From: an uncultured virus (IMG/VR IMGVR_UViG_3300044619_001509)
Lineage: Duplodnaviria > Heunggongvirae > Uroviricota > Caudoviricetes
Length of the DNA: 64,000 nucleotides
Reading direction: 5' to 3' (one strand)
Virus record (IMG/VR): IMGVR_UViG_3300044619_001509
Position numbers and translations under genes: made by a program
Part shown: positions 63,477 through 64,000 of the stretch, piece after piece
How the letters are laid out: the number at the start of each line of letters is the position of its first letter
Numbering within the stretch: position 1 is the stretch's first letter
The notes under the pieces: generated by a model
What the model saw: the letters and a program-made list of their open reading frames with translations, nothing else
Told to the model about the DNA's origin: nothing
The model's database searches: none

Positions 63477-64000
63477 TGCCAACTAATTTATTATTACAAT
63501 ATCCTGTTCAAGATACCGTATTGTTTTCTGACACGCTTCGTGTCAATTACAAACTATCGTCATATAGTGATCCAAATGTAAAATCTGTGTACTTTGAGTT
63601 GGATGGATCAACACAAACTGTTTTGGTTTCAACAGAATCTGTAACATTTACTGGACTTACAGAAGGTAGTCATACTCTCAATGGTTATCTTATTGACAGA
63701 CGAAATAATTCGATTCCCAATACTAATTTTTCGGTTTCGTTTCAAACATTTGATTCGGAATTGAGCGTTGAAAACAAGTTAACTCTTGTTCTGGAATCTA
63801 CTATTCCAGGCTTTGTCAGAGAAGATTATCCAAACTTTGTGATGTTCCTAAAGGCATATTACGAATGGTTGTACTCTTCCAACAATCCTTTCTATGCACC
63901 ATTAATATCTGAAGATTTCAAGGACATTGATAAGACACCAGAATATTTTGTAAAATATTTTAAAGAACAATATCTAAAAGATTTTCCTGAGTATTTAACT
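63476..64000 (+). CDS. gp7: Baseplate wedge gp7-like, partial, with an extra N-terminal beta domain
   Basis: IPGFVREDYPNFVMFLKAYYEW...DID.T...F; follows gp6. Confidence 0.8.
   Translation, partial: MPTNLLLQYPVQDTVLFSDTLRVNYKLSSYSDPNVKSVYFELDGSTQTVLVSTESVTFTGLTEGSHTLNGYLIDRRNNSIPNTNFSVSFQTFDSELSVENKLTLVLESTIPGFVREDYPNFVMFLKAYYEWLYSSNNPFYAPLISEDFKDIDKTPEYFVKYFKEQYLKDFPEYLT

Noticed and set aside
1..64000. Assignment to a cyanophage or any specific host
   Set aside because: No photosynthesis or other diagnostic genes; the tmRNA tag and promoter style are only hints.

Overview
This window is a 64-kb segment of a large T4-like (myovirus) phage genome; the host cannot be determined from it. (1) 1-9850 is a visibly GC-rich island of small, mostly minus-strand early genes. 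Nearly every gene has its own sigma70-type promoter placed so that the mRNA is leaderless. The island is punctuated by 11 copies of a ~60-bp promoter-like repeat whose 13-bp core occurs in either orientation. (2) 9850-10150 is a repeat-rich junction where strand and base composition switch. (3) 10.2-36 kb holds AT-rich plus-strand accessory genes: a YD-like repeat gene family, Hsp20, a GP88-like protein, a TraR/DksA finger, TrmH, a cREC receiver, a phosphoesterase, a cytidylyltransferase and putative head-packaged proteins. It also holds 25 of the window's 26 tRNA genes (together covering all 20 amino acids), a circularly permuted two-piece tmRNA, at least three further structured ncRNA candidates (6S-like rod, enlarged tRNA-like RNA, pseudoknotted RNA) and a 29-aa bS22-like basic peptide. 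(4) 36.8-49.2 kb is a 16-gene glycan synthesis/modification cluster. (5) 49.2-64 kb holds T4 core genes gp33, gp32, gp29-like, gp51, gp26, gp54-like, gp4, gp48, gp53, gp27-like, a split gp5, PAAR, gp25, gp6 and a partial gp7. All calls are by eye from motifs, base pairing and synteny; no searches were run.
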